Shown: one piece after another, positions 28,089 through 43,334 of the stretch | How positions within the stretch are numbered: position 1 is the first letter of the stretch | How the letters are laid out: each line of letters opens with the position of its first letter | Assembly (NCBI GenBank): GCA_964016885.1 | Contig: OZ024750.1 | Location: 2,914,001 to 2,978,000, forward strand | Origin: Eledone cirrhosa | Lineage: Eukaryota | Direction of reading: 5' to 3' | DNA: 64,000 nucleotides | The notes under the pieces: generated by a model | The model's input: only the letters and a program-made list of their open reading frames with translations | What the model was told of the DNA's origin: nothing | Databases searched by the model: none | Translations under genes and position numbers: made by a program

Positions 28089-30502
28089 TATATCAGACGA
28101 TGTAATAGAAAAATTGACTAGATAACCTTCAAACGTAGCCGGAAAGAAGAAAGTACTGAAGTATCTTTAACTATTTTAAAAGCAAAAAATGCAATAATCT
28201 CAGCAATCCAATAAAAATGATAGAAGTGAAATGATGAAGTAAAAAATATAAAGCTTATGTAATTTTCTGCAATTCTGGCCTTTTATATAAGACATATTTC
28301 AAGCATCACTTATTTTTATAATGTCAAGTAAATCAAGAATATTACTTATCATAGTTTACTGAATGTTATCAGGCTTATTTTTCTTTGTTTGTTTTTGTCT
28401 TTTATTAAACTAAATACTGTTAGTGAAGTAGCAGAACATACGGAACAAATGCTTGAATAATTTTTAGGTATGTCAACTGAAGAGCAGCTGAATTCACCAA
28501 TAAGTGAGCAATGATCAGTAGAAAGTCTCTTACAAAAAAAAATACATTGCTCTGTTTTATGAAGCATTTTGGAGGGGAGGAGTGGGGAGTTATTGTTGCA
28601 TCTCTATCACAAAATCTTATGATTTTTAGGTTGAATGAAATATATAAAATGTATGTAACCAGCCATAACTACAAATCTTTAAGACTGCTGAAGTCTACTC
28701 AATTGTAATCTAAAGTTAGGAAGATCTGATAAAAAATGTAAACATAATTTTATTTCACTGAGACAGATGTAAAAACGATGACAATGACAATGATGATGAT
28801 GATGATGATGATGATAAAAACAGAATGAATAGATGAAAAATAAAAACAAAAATAAAAACAGCTAAAAATTAAAAAGAACTTCTCTAATTTTAAATTAGGT
28901 TTTGGTGGGTAAACTCTGCTGTTGTATAGGAAAATAGTAAGACATTGACTATGGAACACATATTTAATTGTTTAATTAATTATTTCTTAATTATCAAAAA
29001 ATTGTTTAGGTTTTGCTGATGAGGTGAGAATAAGACCAAAACACTGCAAATTTTTTATAACACTAAATCCTTTTATTTCAGCACCTTAGCCTCACTATCA
29101 CCCATGGAAATGCTGGGAACAAGTTGGCTTGCCTCAAACATTTCTGAAGACCCTTGTGGTGTATGACTAATTGACGCACTGAATGTTGAATTGGTGGGGT
29201 TTTGTTAGTTTTTCTCCTGCTTTGATTATATATATTTGTGTATTATATTTATAAGGTTCCTAGCAATAATTGATTATGGGTATGTACTACTATTTAATCT
29301 TATATATTTGTTATATGATAACAAACAAGAATTTTAAACAACAATAAGTAAACAAGGTTACTTTTTGAAAGACAGACAAGTATGCAAATAAAATTACTCT
29401 TCTCTTCTAGACAATAATAACCACTTTTCTATAGATTTCTTGTCACATAAAAGCACTAATAATAACCTAAAACAAAATCAATGATATTAAAAATTTGAAC
29501 TTTTTATTATTTTTTTTATTTTCCACATGAAGCAACATTAATTTTGAAATAGAACATAAAAATAAATTGCAATTAATTAAGTTAGCTACATATGTTCATT
29601 ATTTTAGAAGTTGTAATTTATGGCTTTTTAATAATTAGTTATTCATATAGACTGAAAATATATTTCAGTCTATAAGAATAACTTTAGTTACCGAGTTGGT
29701 AACTAAAGAGTTAAAGGATAGATTTAATTTTTGATGTTTTGTACTGGGAAAAAATTAAGTTGCCTCTGTAATTCAAAGGGGCCAGCTTTGTCACAAACTT
29801 TGTCAGGCAGAATCTCCCTGAGAACAGCTTTAACCCTTTAGCATGTAAACCGGCCATATCCGGCCAGAATTCTCCCACCTCTTTCTGTTCAAATTGGCCA
29901 TAACTGGTCATTCATACTGATGTTAACGTATTGTTCTCAAAATAAATAATATCAAAATCTAATTGATTCGATATTATGTGAGGTAAAGCCTTTACCACAA
30001 AAATACAACAGTGTATATAGAGTAATGTAAATGGTAAAGGGTTAAAGGTAGACGTGTCAGAAATGCTAAGCCACCTGCACATTCATTTGAACAGTTGTCA
30101 TAGGAACTGACAGAGATCTAACACATTCATGTTTCAACCAATTTTGTTAATACAAAAATATAACAGGCTCTACTTTGTTATATTTTTCACAAGGGACATC
30201 AAAATGCCACTCTAATATATTATAGTGCCTTGCTAAAATGATATTGCATTCGACTGAAAAAATATTTAGCCTCTAACCTCTATATATATATACATGCACA
30301 CATACATACTCATGAAAACATATATGTGTATATGTGTGTGTGTATATATATACGTATGTGTGTGAGTGTGTGTATATATACACACATATATATATATATA
30401 TATACAGGGAGTGTAACTTGGAGTTACTGTAGGTTCACCCGGGTGAGCACTTGATGTTTAGGTTCACTTCTGTGTCGAGGTGTAGAGCTAGACAGAGTGT
30501 AT

Positions 30503-30832
30503 TATAGTGAAAGGATAACAAGGACGATTGGTTACTCCTTCATTACATTTATTGGTAGGTGACGCGTGTTTCGCCACTGATCAGCTCAAGGTTTGATCTG
30601 TATCGATCTGACCTGACTCCATGGATTACAATCCATGGCTCGTCAGACCATTGTAATGTTAATGGTCATTCTTCCATTAACATTACAAGTGGTCTGACGA
30701 GCCGTGGATTACAGAGTCAGGCTAGATCGATACAGATCGAACCTTGAGCTGATCAGTGGCGAAACACGTGTCACCAACCAATAAACGTAATGAAGGAGCA
30801 ACCAATCATCCCTGTTTTCTTATTTCACTATA
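30503..30832. mobile_element. Palindromic element (about 160-bp arms, 8-nt spacer) between (TA)n tracts
   Basis: inverted arms around tcattctt 30666-30673; hammerhead motif plus AATAAA in each arm. Confidence 0.82.
30690..30776 (+). ncRNA. Minimal type-I hammerhead ribozyme motif, Penelope-LTR-like (mirror copy on minus strand 30557-30650)
   Basis: tggt-CTGACGA-GCC...GGC-GAAA-CACGTG-TC-acca; palindromic helix III, GUC cleavage triplet, AATAAA at 30780-30785. Confidence 0.8.
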
Positions 30833-31158
30833 TATATATGTATCTCTGGCGTCACGCAGTAATACAGAAGACCCGACCCCCCACGGGTACAAGCCGAAGC
30901 TGAAGCATATAGACAATATGCCCCCACACCCTCCCACTGTAAAGTGGACGTGTAGGTGCCACGGAAAAAGCACCCAGCACTCACTGTAAATGAGGTTGGT
31001 GTTAGGAAGGGCATCCAACTGTAGAAATCAAGCCAGCATCAGTTCCCATAGGAGCAAGACAAGGTCAGCTGACCTGACATTGCCCACAACAGGACAACCC
31101 ATGCTAGTGTGGAAGAATGGACATAAAACGGTGCTGATGATGATGATATATATATATG

Positions 31159-31214
<56 letters not shown>

Positions 31215-32699
31215 AAGAGAGAGTAAGAGAGAAAGCTGGGAAGAATAAAGATTCTATATAGAAGATACACCTTACACTAGATAAGATATTTGTTTCTACT
31301 TTTAGCACAAGGCCAGTATTTACCCCAGTGCATTACTGGTCCTTTATTTTATCGACCCTATAAGGATGAAAGTCACAGTTAACCTTGGTGGGTGGCTGAG
31401 CACATTGACCATCTTTTGAATATACGAGGGTCAATTAAAAAGTTCATAAGCCGACCCTTGTATGCAAATGTAATGATTGTTAGTGGCTCAAGTTTAAATT
31501 TTATCAAGTCTTATAAACATATTGTTATTTAAAAGTTGAAATTTAAATACTGACTGCTGAATCTATGAATTATTCTAAACAAGTCTATTTGTGGCTGATA
31601 TGCTAAATAAAGTTTTGCTGATACAATTAATTGATTCTGAAATAATGGTAGAGGAAGATGTTACTGATGTAACTGCTTTGAGATAAGACATGTTAGTTAA
31701 CCAAATTTGATGAAGGTATAAATCCTTTACATGTGGATCAATACAAATTCAGAAGATCAAAGCAGGATGGTTAATTACATGACATTACATAATCCTCTCC
31801 CTTTTTATACCCCTTCTTTACCCAAAGAGATAATACAAGAAGGGAGAAGAAGCATGAATATTTTCCTACTTCTAAAATATCTGACAAAAAAATTTGACAA
31901 ACAGTTTTGAAGCTCTCTACAGCAATGGTAAAGATGTTTTCCTTTCTTTCGGAGAGAATAAATCAACAATAAAATGACTTTATGTGGTTCATGTTTCTGG
32001 AGTTTTCAGCTGAAACTTATAAATAATGGCTCAAATTTATATATTTTAAGCAGGGATTTCCTCTTCATTATCATTTAACGTCTACTTTCTCTGCTAGCAA
32101 GGATTGGACAGGTCGTCAGCAGACGGGGTTGGTACTCATAGCGGAGGTACTGACTCCACAGAGGTCTGGGGGGCCTGCATCTTGCTTAGGCTCCTGCACC
32201 CTACTGAATACTTTGATGGGCTTACAGCCCCTGATATTTGCTTACATACAATCTGATGCAGTGTCATGTCTATTTTATCACAGCACCAGCATTAGGAAGG
32301 TTGTCCTGTCTTTAGTACAGCTGAATAGTTCTTTAAACCTGTTATTTGATGGGTTTCTACAGCTGGATGTCCTTCCTATTAAATATACCTTTTCAACATC
32401 AATTTCTACACAATGTCAGCCAAAACAGAACATATGAGCATGATATGGTCACATGAACAACCTGCCTAACCTATTGAAAGCAAAGACATTTAGCTGTTAA
32501 ACAGTGATGATGTTGATAATGATGATTGCCTCTCTATACATATATCTCATATTCCTAGCAACTGAATACATTTTTAATGGATTTTTAAGGAGTTATTTTA
32601 CCAGAATAAAAAGATGAAAAGATTTGTTGGTTTAAACCGAAGATTAAATTGAAATATCGATATTAATAACAAAAAAAAAAAAAAAAGAAAGTCACTTAC

Positions 32700-32889
32700 C
32701 CTAAATTGTTCTAAATATTCTCGACATAAATCATCATTATCCAAAACTTCCTCTTTACTTGTATGATCTGCTAGCTGACAGTAGCTATTCTCCACTCCAG
32801 CCATCCAACTAAGAAAGCAGTCTAGAGCATGATGTAATTGTTGCATCGAGTTGCGGTTAGCCTGAAGAGTTTGCCACTTGTTAGCCAAT
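32700..32889 (-). CDS. DMD: Dystrophin exon, homolog of DMD exon 55
   Basis: tctcag|A...AGG|gtaagt; 190 nt, phase 2 to 0; LANKWQTLQANRNSMQQLHHALDCFLSWMAGVENSYCQLADHTSKEEVLDNDDLCREYLEQFR. Confidence 0.94.
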
Positions 32890-33298
32890 CTGAGAAACAA
32901 AAGAACAACATAAAATTAGAAAATATTATAGTCTGGCTTCTCTTGAAATAAGGGTGAGAATGTGTGGAGGAGAAGGAAAATGAAATGCATCAGATTATAA
33001 CAAATCGTCTAAATATGTTGAAGACTAAATTAGTTTTAGTATCAAAGAAGTTCCAATTTCATTCAAACAGCATATAAAATGATTAAAAATGTGTTCATTT
33101 TTAAAAATAAATACAACTTAATCTTATTTGCAAAGAGATTAATTTTTTTCTTTCAATTGTAGGCTATTTTCTTTGATAATCACCTTGGAAACAAATCACT
33201 GAGAAGCTGTGTATAAAACATTTGTATTTTTTATTAAAATTTAATAAGAAATCAGAAATTTAAATATCTGTCTTTTATTTTCTTTTGGCATCTTAACA

Positions 33299-33329
<31 letters not shown>

Positions 33330-34019
33330 TTTAAGAATTTCTTCTTTGTTTCTTTTGGTCTGATTCTGGCACCACAGAACAAACAACAATATGACAATCA
33401 TTGTCTCTTTTAACCTTTTATTCAAAACTAAATAATTGTATAAACTGACTTGAAATATTTCAGATTGAATACATTTAACCCTTTAGCATTTAAACTGACC
33501 GAATTCGGCCAGAATTCTCTAGCCTCGTTCTGTTCAAACCGGCTGTAACCAGCCACTCATACTGATGTTAAGGTATTGTTCTCAAAATAAATAATATCAA
33601 AATCTCGTAGATTCGATATTATGTGAGATAATTATGTGAGGTAAAGCCTTTACTGTGAAAATACAATAGTATATATAGAGTAATGTAAATGTTATGTGAG
33701 ATATTATGTGAGATAAAGCCTTTACTGTGAAAATACAATAGTATATATAGAGTAATGTAAATGTTATGTGAGATATTATGTGAGGTAAAGACTTTGCTGT
33801 GAAAATACAATAGTATATATAGAGTAATGTAAATGTTATGTGAGATATTATGTGAGGTAAAGACTTTGCTGTGAAAATACAATAGTATATATAGAGTAAT
33901 GTAAATGCTAAAGGGTTAAACAAAACTAAAAACTCAGCTATTTTACTGTGGTCTTTTCCATTTCTAATGAACAGTGCAGATAGATTGTTACACTAGCATT
34001 ATATTAGCAATGTATCTCC

Positions 34020-34305
34020 TTCTTCTTCTTCTCCCACTTATCCTGAGAGGGTCAAGAGAGCAGAGTCCTCAAACACTCCTCCCAGCAGGTCCTGCCAGAA
34101 GCAACCGTCTCCAATTGATCCGGCTGGATCCCCAAGTGAGACCAGCCAAGCTAATGGATGTTATACAACCATTTTGCTCGGGGTCTACCCCTGGGTTTCC
34201 TCTCGGTTGGCTTTTGCCCGTAAAATCTGTCCAGCGATTCTTTCCCGAGACATTCTAACCACATGTCCATAGTATCAAAGCTGTGATCTATCAATTTAGA
34301 GGTAT
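34020..34305 (-). mobile_element. RTE-clade LINE 3' end; related copies about 6195-6462 (+), 2200-2360, 56850-56940
   Basis: YGHVVRMSREESLDRFYGQKPTERKPRGRPRAKW followed by ctcaggataagtgggagaagaagaag tail. Confidence 0.75.
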
Positions 34306-35384
34306 ATTCTTGCTGTTGTGTATCTCCTTTTTTTTAAATATGTAGCCTTTATCCTTGCATGTCCTAAGAGGTGACTAAAAGGGTTAACATTTGGAAGGAC
34401 ATCAGGCTGTAAAGCACAGCTTAGAAATATCCAATCCAACGCAAGTCAGCACAGGAAAAGAAGCAGACATGAATATATCAAACATGCTTATCACTAAGTC
34501 TACAGTATTACACACAACTCATTCATATTCACACTAAACCTTTCAGAATGTAGCTTTTATTTCTTTATTTTAAACTTCTTTCCAAATGATAATCTAATTT
34601 AGTTTTATATTTTCAAATTTTCAAATTTCAACATCCTATAGAACCCCCCGCTACCACCACAAAAAAAAACAACTTCCACTGAACAAAAACACAAGCCAAC
34701 GAGAAATGAATATTTTTTCTCAATGTTCAGGATTATTCCTGTTGGGAATTAAACACATTGAACACCTTTGTTTGGGTCTAATATTTCTGAAATCAGCTGA
34801 AATAGTTCCAAACATTTAATTATGGCAGAAAAAGACTTTGGTCGTTATTCACTATCCTGACATTTTTATTTATCTAACTGATTTTTCAGTCCATTCAGTT
34901 TTATATTTAAGTTGATACATATGAACTTTTCAGCCGAACCTTGTATATTGTAGTGATGCTAGAGCTGTGAAATCTTGCATGCATTAATTTCAACTCTTCT
35001 TATTAATAACTGCATTGTTTCTTTCCAGGGACTATATTGAAAAATAAACCTCATGTGGTCATTCTATGAGAGTATCTTGGTCAGCCTATCAACTTTTCAC
35101 CCGACCCCCAATATCTACTGTCTATAGACTATCATCAGTCTCAATATTTATTATTAGTTCAAAATTCCTTTGGAAAACTATTTTGGTATCTATATTAACC
35201 CTTTAGCATTTAAACCGGTCGCATCCGGCCAGAATTCTCTCAGGTCTTTCTGATCAAACTGGTCATAACTGGCCACTCATACTGATGTTAAGGTATTGTT
35301 CTTAAAATAAATAATATCAAAATCTTATAGATTTGATATTATGTGAGATAAAGCCTTTACCATGAAAATACAATAGTATATATA

Positions 35385-35892
35385 TAAAGTAATGTAAATG
35401 GTAAAGGGTTAAATAGGAACCCTTAAAATACAATAGTATATATAAAATACAATAGTATATATAGAGTAATGAAATGGTAAAGGGTTAAGAACCCTTAAAA
35501 TACAATAGTATACATAGCGTAATGAAATGGTAAAGCGTTAAGAACCCTTAAAATACAACAGTATATATATAGAGTAAAGTAAATGGTAAAGGGTTAATAG
35601 GAACCCTTAAAATACAACAGTATATATAGAGTAAAGTAAATGGTAAAGGGTTAATAGGAACCCTTAAAATACAACAGTATATATAGAGTAAAGTAAATGG
35701 TAAAGGGTTAATAGGAACCCTTAAAACAGAACAGTATATATATAGAGTAAAGTAAATGGTAAAGGGTTAATAGGAACCCTTAAAACAGAACAGTATATAT
35801 ATATAGAGTAAAGTAAATGGTAAAGGGTTAATAGGAACCCTTAAAACAGAACAGTATATATATAGAGTAAAGTAAATGGTAAAGGGTTAATA
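35385..35892. repeat. About 52-bp tandem array derived from a MITE end
   Basis: (tatatagagtaaagtaaatggtaaagggttaataggaacccttaaaatacaacag)n. Confidence 0.92.
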
Positions 35893-36979
35893 AGCATGCC
35901 AAACTATCTCAACTCTTGATTAATGCATGGAAGTAGATGGAACATTTGAGTTGCAGAGTGAGTAAAGAGACATGATTATATCAATTATTTACAAATTATT
36001 GATTTCTAACATTGGTACAAGGCCATAAATTTAGAAGAGGGAGGGGGATAGTAGTGTCAATTAAATTGACCCTAGTATTTCACTGGTATTTTCCTTGTTT
36101 TATCAACACCAGAAGAATGAAGGGATTTATAAAGTATTAATAAAGTTTGTTTATCTACTAATTAATACTAATTGTAAGATATGTGAGATTATGGAGAGTA
36201 ATATGATCAATTATCAGTAATATCTGTGATTGACCTATATACCCACAATTTTCATTGATCTTCACAACATTGACAAATTAGTCCCAGCCACAATTAGTCT
36301 ATCATAAGTTTCCTTGGTAACTAAAATCTCCCCTCTACCTATATCATGGCAAGGAGAGAGTTGCCACTAGAAATAGCAGGCAAATGATGCCCTACTATAT
36401 TTAACCCTTTCACAACCGCATTTCTAATGAAATACACTTGATTTCAATTAATTAATGAAAATGTCAAGGGAATTACTAAAATTATTAATTATTTCATTAC
36501 TAAGATAGTAACTTAATGTAAGGTTCTGATATAAAATTATGTTGGAAGATTTTAATTTAAATAAGAAACATTTAAAATGGGTGGTTTTATTTCATAGAAC
36601 CAGAGCTGGTTTTGGCCAGGTTGGTAGCTAAAGGGTTAAAAACAAAGGATACATCGGATAATGTAGATCAGGGTACACCATGCTGACAGATGGAATGTCT
36701 TTGATGAATCAAAGATAAGCTGGAGCTCAACAATTACATTATAGGGACATCTATTATAGTCCAAGTCTCATTTGGAGGTGCTGCCCTCCAAGATGGGTCA
36801 GAGGACCATGTTTCACTTGTACATACCGTTTCTTTGGCTGGATGTTCTTCCTAAAACCAACCACTTTACAGGGTGTACTGGGTGCATTTTGTGGCACCAA
36901 CACAAGAGAGCTTATTATGGCTTTGACAAGACTAAAGAGTCCTTTCTAGTCTATATTGTATGTTTTATCTATTGCCAAC

Positions 36980-37019
<40 letters not shown>

Positions 37020-38618
37020 AAGTGTTGTAGCCGTGGGACACATTAACAACATAGAAGTCCAGAAAAGATTAAAATAATTCTAAGTGTGAATCTTAACTAA
37101 ACAAAAATCAAAATAAACAACACAAAATCTTAAAGTTTCATCTTATAATAACCCCCCCCCCCCCCCCCCCCGAAAAAAAAACAACAAAAGACAACTAACA
37201 AAACAAAACAAAACAAATAAAATAAATTGCATGAAATTAACTTATAGCCACAGAAGAAAATTAACCCTTTAATAAATGTCATTTTAACACGGAGACAGAC
37301 ACTATCTATACTTTTATAGCAGTTATTAATAATTTTCAAAAAAGATAAAGTTGAAATAAAATAACAGATATAAAACTCCTATAAAATATTGATTTCTTTT
37401 CATAATCAAATGAACAGTAATTCTGTAGTGGAATGGGAACCCAGAAAACCAAAGTAGTCAATAAAGAATACAGGAGTAATTAGAGCAGATAAGAAATAGT
37501 TAAAAAGCATGAATAATGGTTTATAAACTAGATTATTGATTAGCAACCAGATGCAATACGAAGAGTTTGTAGAGAGGATAAAATGAGTTGAAAGAAGTAC
37601 GTTGTTATGACATAAAATGTTTTGCATTTTGTCTATGAAACAGTTTTAAAACACACATTAATAAAAATAAAAGATACAGAAAAAAATTTTGCAATTAATT
37701 TTACTTGCAGATAAGACATTTACTACCTACTAAAAAAATGTTTTGTCAGTAACATCTTTTGAACTTTAATGTTATTTTTCTCAAGTTCTAATAATGGTTT
37801 ATGATTTAGGTACAAGGCCAACAATTCTGCGTGAAGGGGAAAGTTGATTGAAGCAACCCTACCCAGTGCATTACTGCATATTGTTTGGGATTGCCCCCTC
37901 CTCAAACATTTTTCCCCGGCAGACAATCCATAATGCTACAAATGACACCTTGGTCTAGCTCACCTGTCTTAACCTACCTCTATATTGTGAATATGTCATA
38001 CGACAACAAGAAGTATTACCGGCGCTTTATTATATAAATATAAGGATGACACAAACTTAACCTCGATAGGAATTGAACTCAAAACATAAAGGGCCATAAC
38101 TCTATGCCTCAAAGCATGTTGTCCGACACTCTACTGACAGTGTTAATAATACGGATTTCTACTATAGGCCCAAGGCCAGCAATTTTGGGGCTATGGGGAA
38201 AGTCGACCCCAGTGTGTTACTGGTACTTAACTTTATCGACCCTGTAAGGATGAAAGGCAAAGCTAACCTCGGTGGGATTTGAACTCTGAAGGCAAAGGGA
38301 TGTAACTATATGCCATAAAGCATGTTATTTGACACCCTAACCAATACTGCCAATCCACCACCCTACCAATACTGCCAATCTACCAATCCATCACCCTACC
38401 AATACTGCCAATCTACCAATCCACCACCCTACCAATACTGCCAATCTACCAATCCATCACCCTACCAATACTGCCAATCCACCACCCTACCAATCCACCA
38501 ATCCACCAATACTACCAATCCACTGCTCTTGCTGATGATGATGATAATGACCTGCCATAATGGTCCCTCTAGTTTAATCTCGACACTGGTATGAATATTT
38601 CCAGAGTTATTTACACCT

Positions 38619-38958
38619 GACATCAGTTACAGTCGACATCAGTTACAGTCGACATCAGTTACAGTCGACATCAGTTACAGTCGACATCAGTTACAGTCGA
38701 CATCAGTTACAGTCGACATGAGTTACAGTCGGCATCAGTTACAGTCGACATCAGTTACAGTCGACATCAGTTACAGTCGACATCAGTTACAGTCGACATC
38801 AGTTACAGTCGACATCAGTTACAGTCGACATGAGTTACAGTCGGCATCAGTTACAGTCGGCATCAGTTACAGTTGACATCAGTTACAGTTGACATGAGTT
38901 ACAGTTGACATGAGTTACAGTTGACATCAGTTACAGTTGACATCAGTTACAGTTGACA
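38619..38958. repeat. 16-bp minisatellite, about 21 units
   Basis: (gacatcagttacagtc)n. Confidence 0.95.
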
Positions 38959-39300
38959 TAGAAAGACAGTTGAATCATGTTCAACCAGTTATGAAAGACA
39001 TGTCTTATTTAATTAGAATATAACTCCTTAGAAAACTCCTTCCCAGAAAGACTGCATTATCATACATAAAGGTGGATTGGCAGTATCGGTAGAGGGTCGG
39101 ACACCATGCTAGGGCGGTGGATTGGCAGTATCGGTAGAGGGTCGGACACCATGCTTTCCAGCATAGAGTTACGGCCCTAGCTGAGTTCAAATCCCACCGA
39201 GGTTAACTTTGCCTTTCATCTTTACAAGGTCAATAAAATAAAGTACCAGTAATACACTGGGTAATTGCTGGCCTTGTGCCAAAAGTAGAAACAGTTATCA

Positions 39301-39507
39301 TACATAAAGGTTGGCCGAAAAGTACATAGGCTGATTATTATGAAGGAGTGATGCTAGAGCTGTGAAATCTTGCATGCATTAATTTCAACTCTTCTTATTA
39401 ATAACTGCATTGTTTCTTTCCAGGGACTATGTTGAAAAATAAACCTCATTTGGTCATTCCATGAGAGTATCTTGGTCAGCCTCTCAACCTTTCAGCTGAC
39501 CCTTGTA
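39301..39507 (+). mobile_element. Mariner-type MITE; copies about 4881-4990, 8646-8816, 31422-31462 (collapsed), 34920-35110, 40250-40440
   Basis: shared gatgctagagctgtgaaatcttgcatgcattaatttcaactc core; TACGAGGG...CCCTTGTA termini seen in copies. Confidence 0.75.
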
Positions 39508-42409
39508 TGCAAATGTTTGTGAGTGATGATGATGAAGATGATGAAAGAAGAAGAAGGCAAAGAAGAAGACGCTGATGATGATGATAGATATGTATATTTA
39601 TTTGAGGTGGTAACCTCCTAAACATTCACAAGTTTTGAAAAATATAAACCAGGTAAGTGAAAATTTCCATTGATGGCATAGAGAATCAGTTCCCTGGTCA
39701 ATGGACTGAAAAACTAGTTATTCAATCAACAGGAAACCAGTCAACAATAAACCTATATAAACACTCAGCTAACTCGTTTTCAAGCTGAAACTGAAGCAGC
39801 TTTTGTGCTGTTCTTTTTTTTTTTAATTCCATTTTTGGTATCAGAAGTCATTGAAAGGCAGATGAATAATATCAAAACACAGGATTCATGGATTCAACCT
39901 CACATTTCTACATTTCATTTAACCCTTTAGCATTTACATTACTCCATATTTACTGTTGTATTTTTGTGGTAAACACTTTATCTCACATAATATTGAATCT
40001 ACGAGATTTTGATATTATTTATTTTAAGAACAATACTCTAACATCAGTATGAGCAGCCAGTTACAACTGGTTTGAACAGAAAGAGATGAGAGAACTTTGG
40101 CCAGATATGGCCGGTTTAAATGCTAAAGGTTAATAGCTTGCCACCAAATTAATTCATTAAATGTTCTTAGAAAGATTCCCCACTTAATGCAATACTAAAA
40201 ATCTTGAACAAAAAAAAAATGTTTTTTAACCCTTTTGATATGAAACAGGCATGAGAGTATCTTGGCTGACCAACATACTCTCATGGAATGACCAAATAAA
40301 GTTTAATTTTTTAACATAGTCCTGGGAAGGCAACAATGCAGTTATTGATAAGAAGAGTTGAAATTAATGCATGCAAGATTTCACAGCTCTAGCATCACTC
40401 CTTCATAATCAGCCTATGAACTATTCAGCAGATCCCCTGTATAATACAAAACTGAACATTTAAAAATGTTTATCCTTATATTAAAACTTTTATAATTTTA
40501 TTCTAGTAATCAGCTTACTAATGAAAATGGACATTTGATGGTAATGATTATTAATATTGAAAGGATAGTGAGGCAGGCATCTGGTTTGAGAAGGTCAGCA
40601 AAAGAAGATTGTTCAAAGTTTGGGAAATAGGCTTAGCAAAGATTCAGATTTAGATGGAAGAGAACATTGCTTTATGCACTGAAATAAGTAGATTTTTACA
40701 TTTCTATATTTCTATATAGAGATTTCTGATCGCAACAAAATATGTTGAGTTAATATCAATAAGTGAGTTTCTAGGCTTTGAATGGCCTGTTTTTATCCAT
40801 TGCACAGCAAGGTAGCAATCGTTAAAAACTAATCTGAAACATGTGCCTAACAGTCATATATTGCCAAAGATTAATCTTTCTAGAATGAATTGCCGAAAGC
40901 CCAACAAACTGACAGCGTTCAATAACCAAAGAGTTAGAGATCATAACATACCTTAATTATATTTACCTCATTCTTTGTAGCTGCTCTAGATACCAATTAT
41001 CGTTAGTGCTCCAAAGAGTAATTTAAAGAAACATCAATAACAAGAATTGTTTTAAGACTGTTTTCCCTGTTAAAGCTGGGATTAGTCTTGTAGGGGCCCA
41101 AATACTGGCTTTGTATTAATTATGGTGTCCTTTTGAGGCAATGAGCAAGGTCACCTATGTAGCCAGCACAAATTTTGATTTTCAAATCATTTCAATACCA
41201 CCAAATGATTGAATTATCAGAAATGCTACTTAATAAAAATTACTAATTATTGTTCACACACTAATGAATATTTTAGACACCACTTCTTTTGATAACAAAC
41301 CAAACATCAGAAGAAATGAACAAGAAATTACTTTACCCTTTACCATTTACATTACTCTATATATACTGTTGTATATTCGCGATAAAGGCTTTACCTCACA
41401 TAATATCGAATCTATGAGATTTTCATATTATTTATTTTGAGAACACCTTAACACTAGTATGAGCAGCCAGTTACAGCTGGTTTGAACAGAAAGAGGTGAG
41501 ATAATTCTGGACGAATACGGCCGGTTTAAATGCTAAAGGGTTAAAGTGTAAAATCCTTTATAAAACATATATTTCAGAAGTTAACAATCCCCAAAATGTG
41601 AAGTTCACCAAACAAAAAGTCTACAAAAAGTGGATTATATTTAAGGGAGGTGTCCTGCAACTTAAGGACGAGACTGGTACATTTTTTATCAACCTCGAGT
41701 GGATGAAAGGCAAAGTTGACCTCAGCTGGATTTGAACTCAGACCACAAAGAGCTGGAACAAATACCACAAATACCACATAGACTCTTCACCATCTCACAT
41801 TTACAAACGATCTAATACTGAGCTGGTATCAACCTGTGACATTTCCATATTATAATAGCAACAACTCTTCTTGGTAACTTTATACTTCTTCATCTAAATC
41901 TATTTAATGTATTCATATCTTCCCCCATCACGTTTCTTTCACCCCAATTTACTCACAGATCCCAAAATAAATACTTTGCTCTTGTTTTCTCTAAAACAAT
42001 TAATCTAATCACAGCTAATGTCAACAAAGCTCCCTATGATATATATATCAATTTATGATAATTAACAATATTAACCCTAATCGGCTATTTTTATTGTCTT
42101 GTTTAACCAGGCTTAAAAAATAAAACAAAATTATGGTGATTACTTTTTTTTCTTTCAGACTAAGAACTAAAAATAAAATGTTTTCATAGTATTTTATTCA
42201 AAATGTCTCCCTGAAACTTCCACGACCTCATGTGACATTTACATAAGTATGAATTACTTTTTGTTTATAATACTTTGCCTGATATTATGACATTTGCTGA
42301 AAATGTTCTTTGTTGTTAAGTCATAAGGATAGAACGTAAAAGTAAAATAACTGAACCTCTGTCAGCTATGATGATGATGATGAGTGTTCCAACTATTCTA
42401 TCAATGGTG

Positions 42410-42560
42410 TACGAGGGGGTTGCTGAAAAGTTCCTGGTGTGATCACTGCTTCAGAGACCTGAGTTCTTTTTACAGGGCTAAGAAAAATTGAAGGACCACT
42501 ACAATAAGTGTGTGAATCTGAGAGGAGGAATATGTTGAGAAAAATCATAATTAACAGATC
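42410..42560 (+). pseudogene. Mariner transposase C-terminal relic with TIR
   Basis: tacgagggggttgctgaaaagttc TIR, then decayed FLQG*EKLKDHYNKCVNLRG/EYVEK resembling the mariner KCxxxxGxYVEK end. Confidence 0.7.
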
Positions 42561-43334
42561 CTCCTGTATTTTCTTTTACCCAAAGCGAGAAACTTTTCAG
42601 TCTCACACATAACAAAACCACAATAAACAGTAAAAAGAAAATGCATGCAACAAGTGCGGAAAAGAGACATAAACAGAACGTTGTCATTTTTCAAAATATA
42701 ACACCTGGTATTTTGCAATATCAATAAAATAGAAAACAAAACTTTTTACTTTTTCTGTGTGGCCTGATACCCAATAGTCCACAGCCCGGTACCAGTGTGT
42801 TGTACCGGGATAGGATAGAATGTAGGTGATTAACAACAATATTTTTTTTAAGGTCCCCATTGGTCACAAATGACCATGGGATTTGCACCTGGAAAGTTTC
42901 TCTCCGAGGCACAAACCTGGGCAAGGTTGTTTGTGGAAGACCAGCAGTCACCCATACGTACCAGTCTCCCCTCGCTCCACGCCACCAATGTTGTCCAAGG
43001 GAATGGCCGATACAGCTTGGCACCAGTGACGTCACAACTTACTCTATATATACTCTATATATACACTCTATACTCAATATATTCACCTTTTATACTCTAT
43101 ATATACACTATATAGGGGAAAGGCTATGGCCGATACAGCTTGTCACCAGTGACGTCACAACTCATTTCTACAGCTGAGTAAACTGGAGCAACGTGAAATA
43201 AAGTGTCTTGCTCAAGGACACAACACATCACCCGGTCCGAGAATCAAACTCACAACCTCTCAATTACAAGCCCAATGCTCTAACCACTAAGCCATGCACC
43301 TTCACAACAACAACTAAATCAAGTTTGTACTCAC

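Noticed and set aside
40967-40971. ATGAG|gtaaat as a phase-2 first exon joining exon 55
   Set aside because: Five coding nucleotides plus a moderate donor can easily occur by chance; no other support
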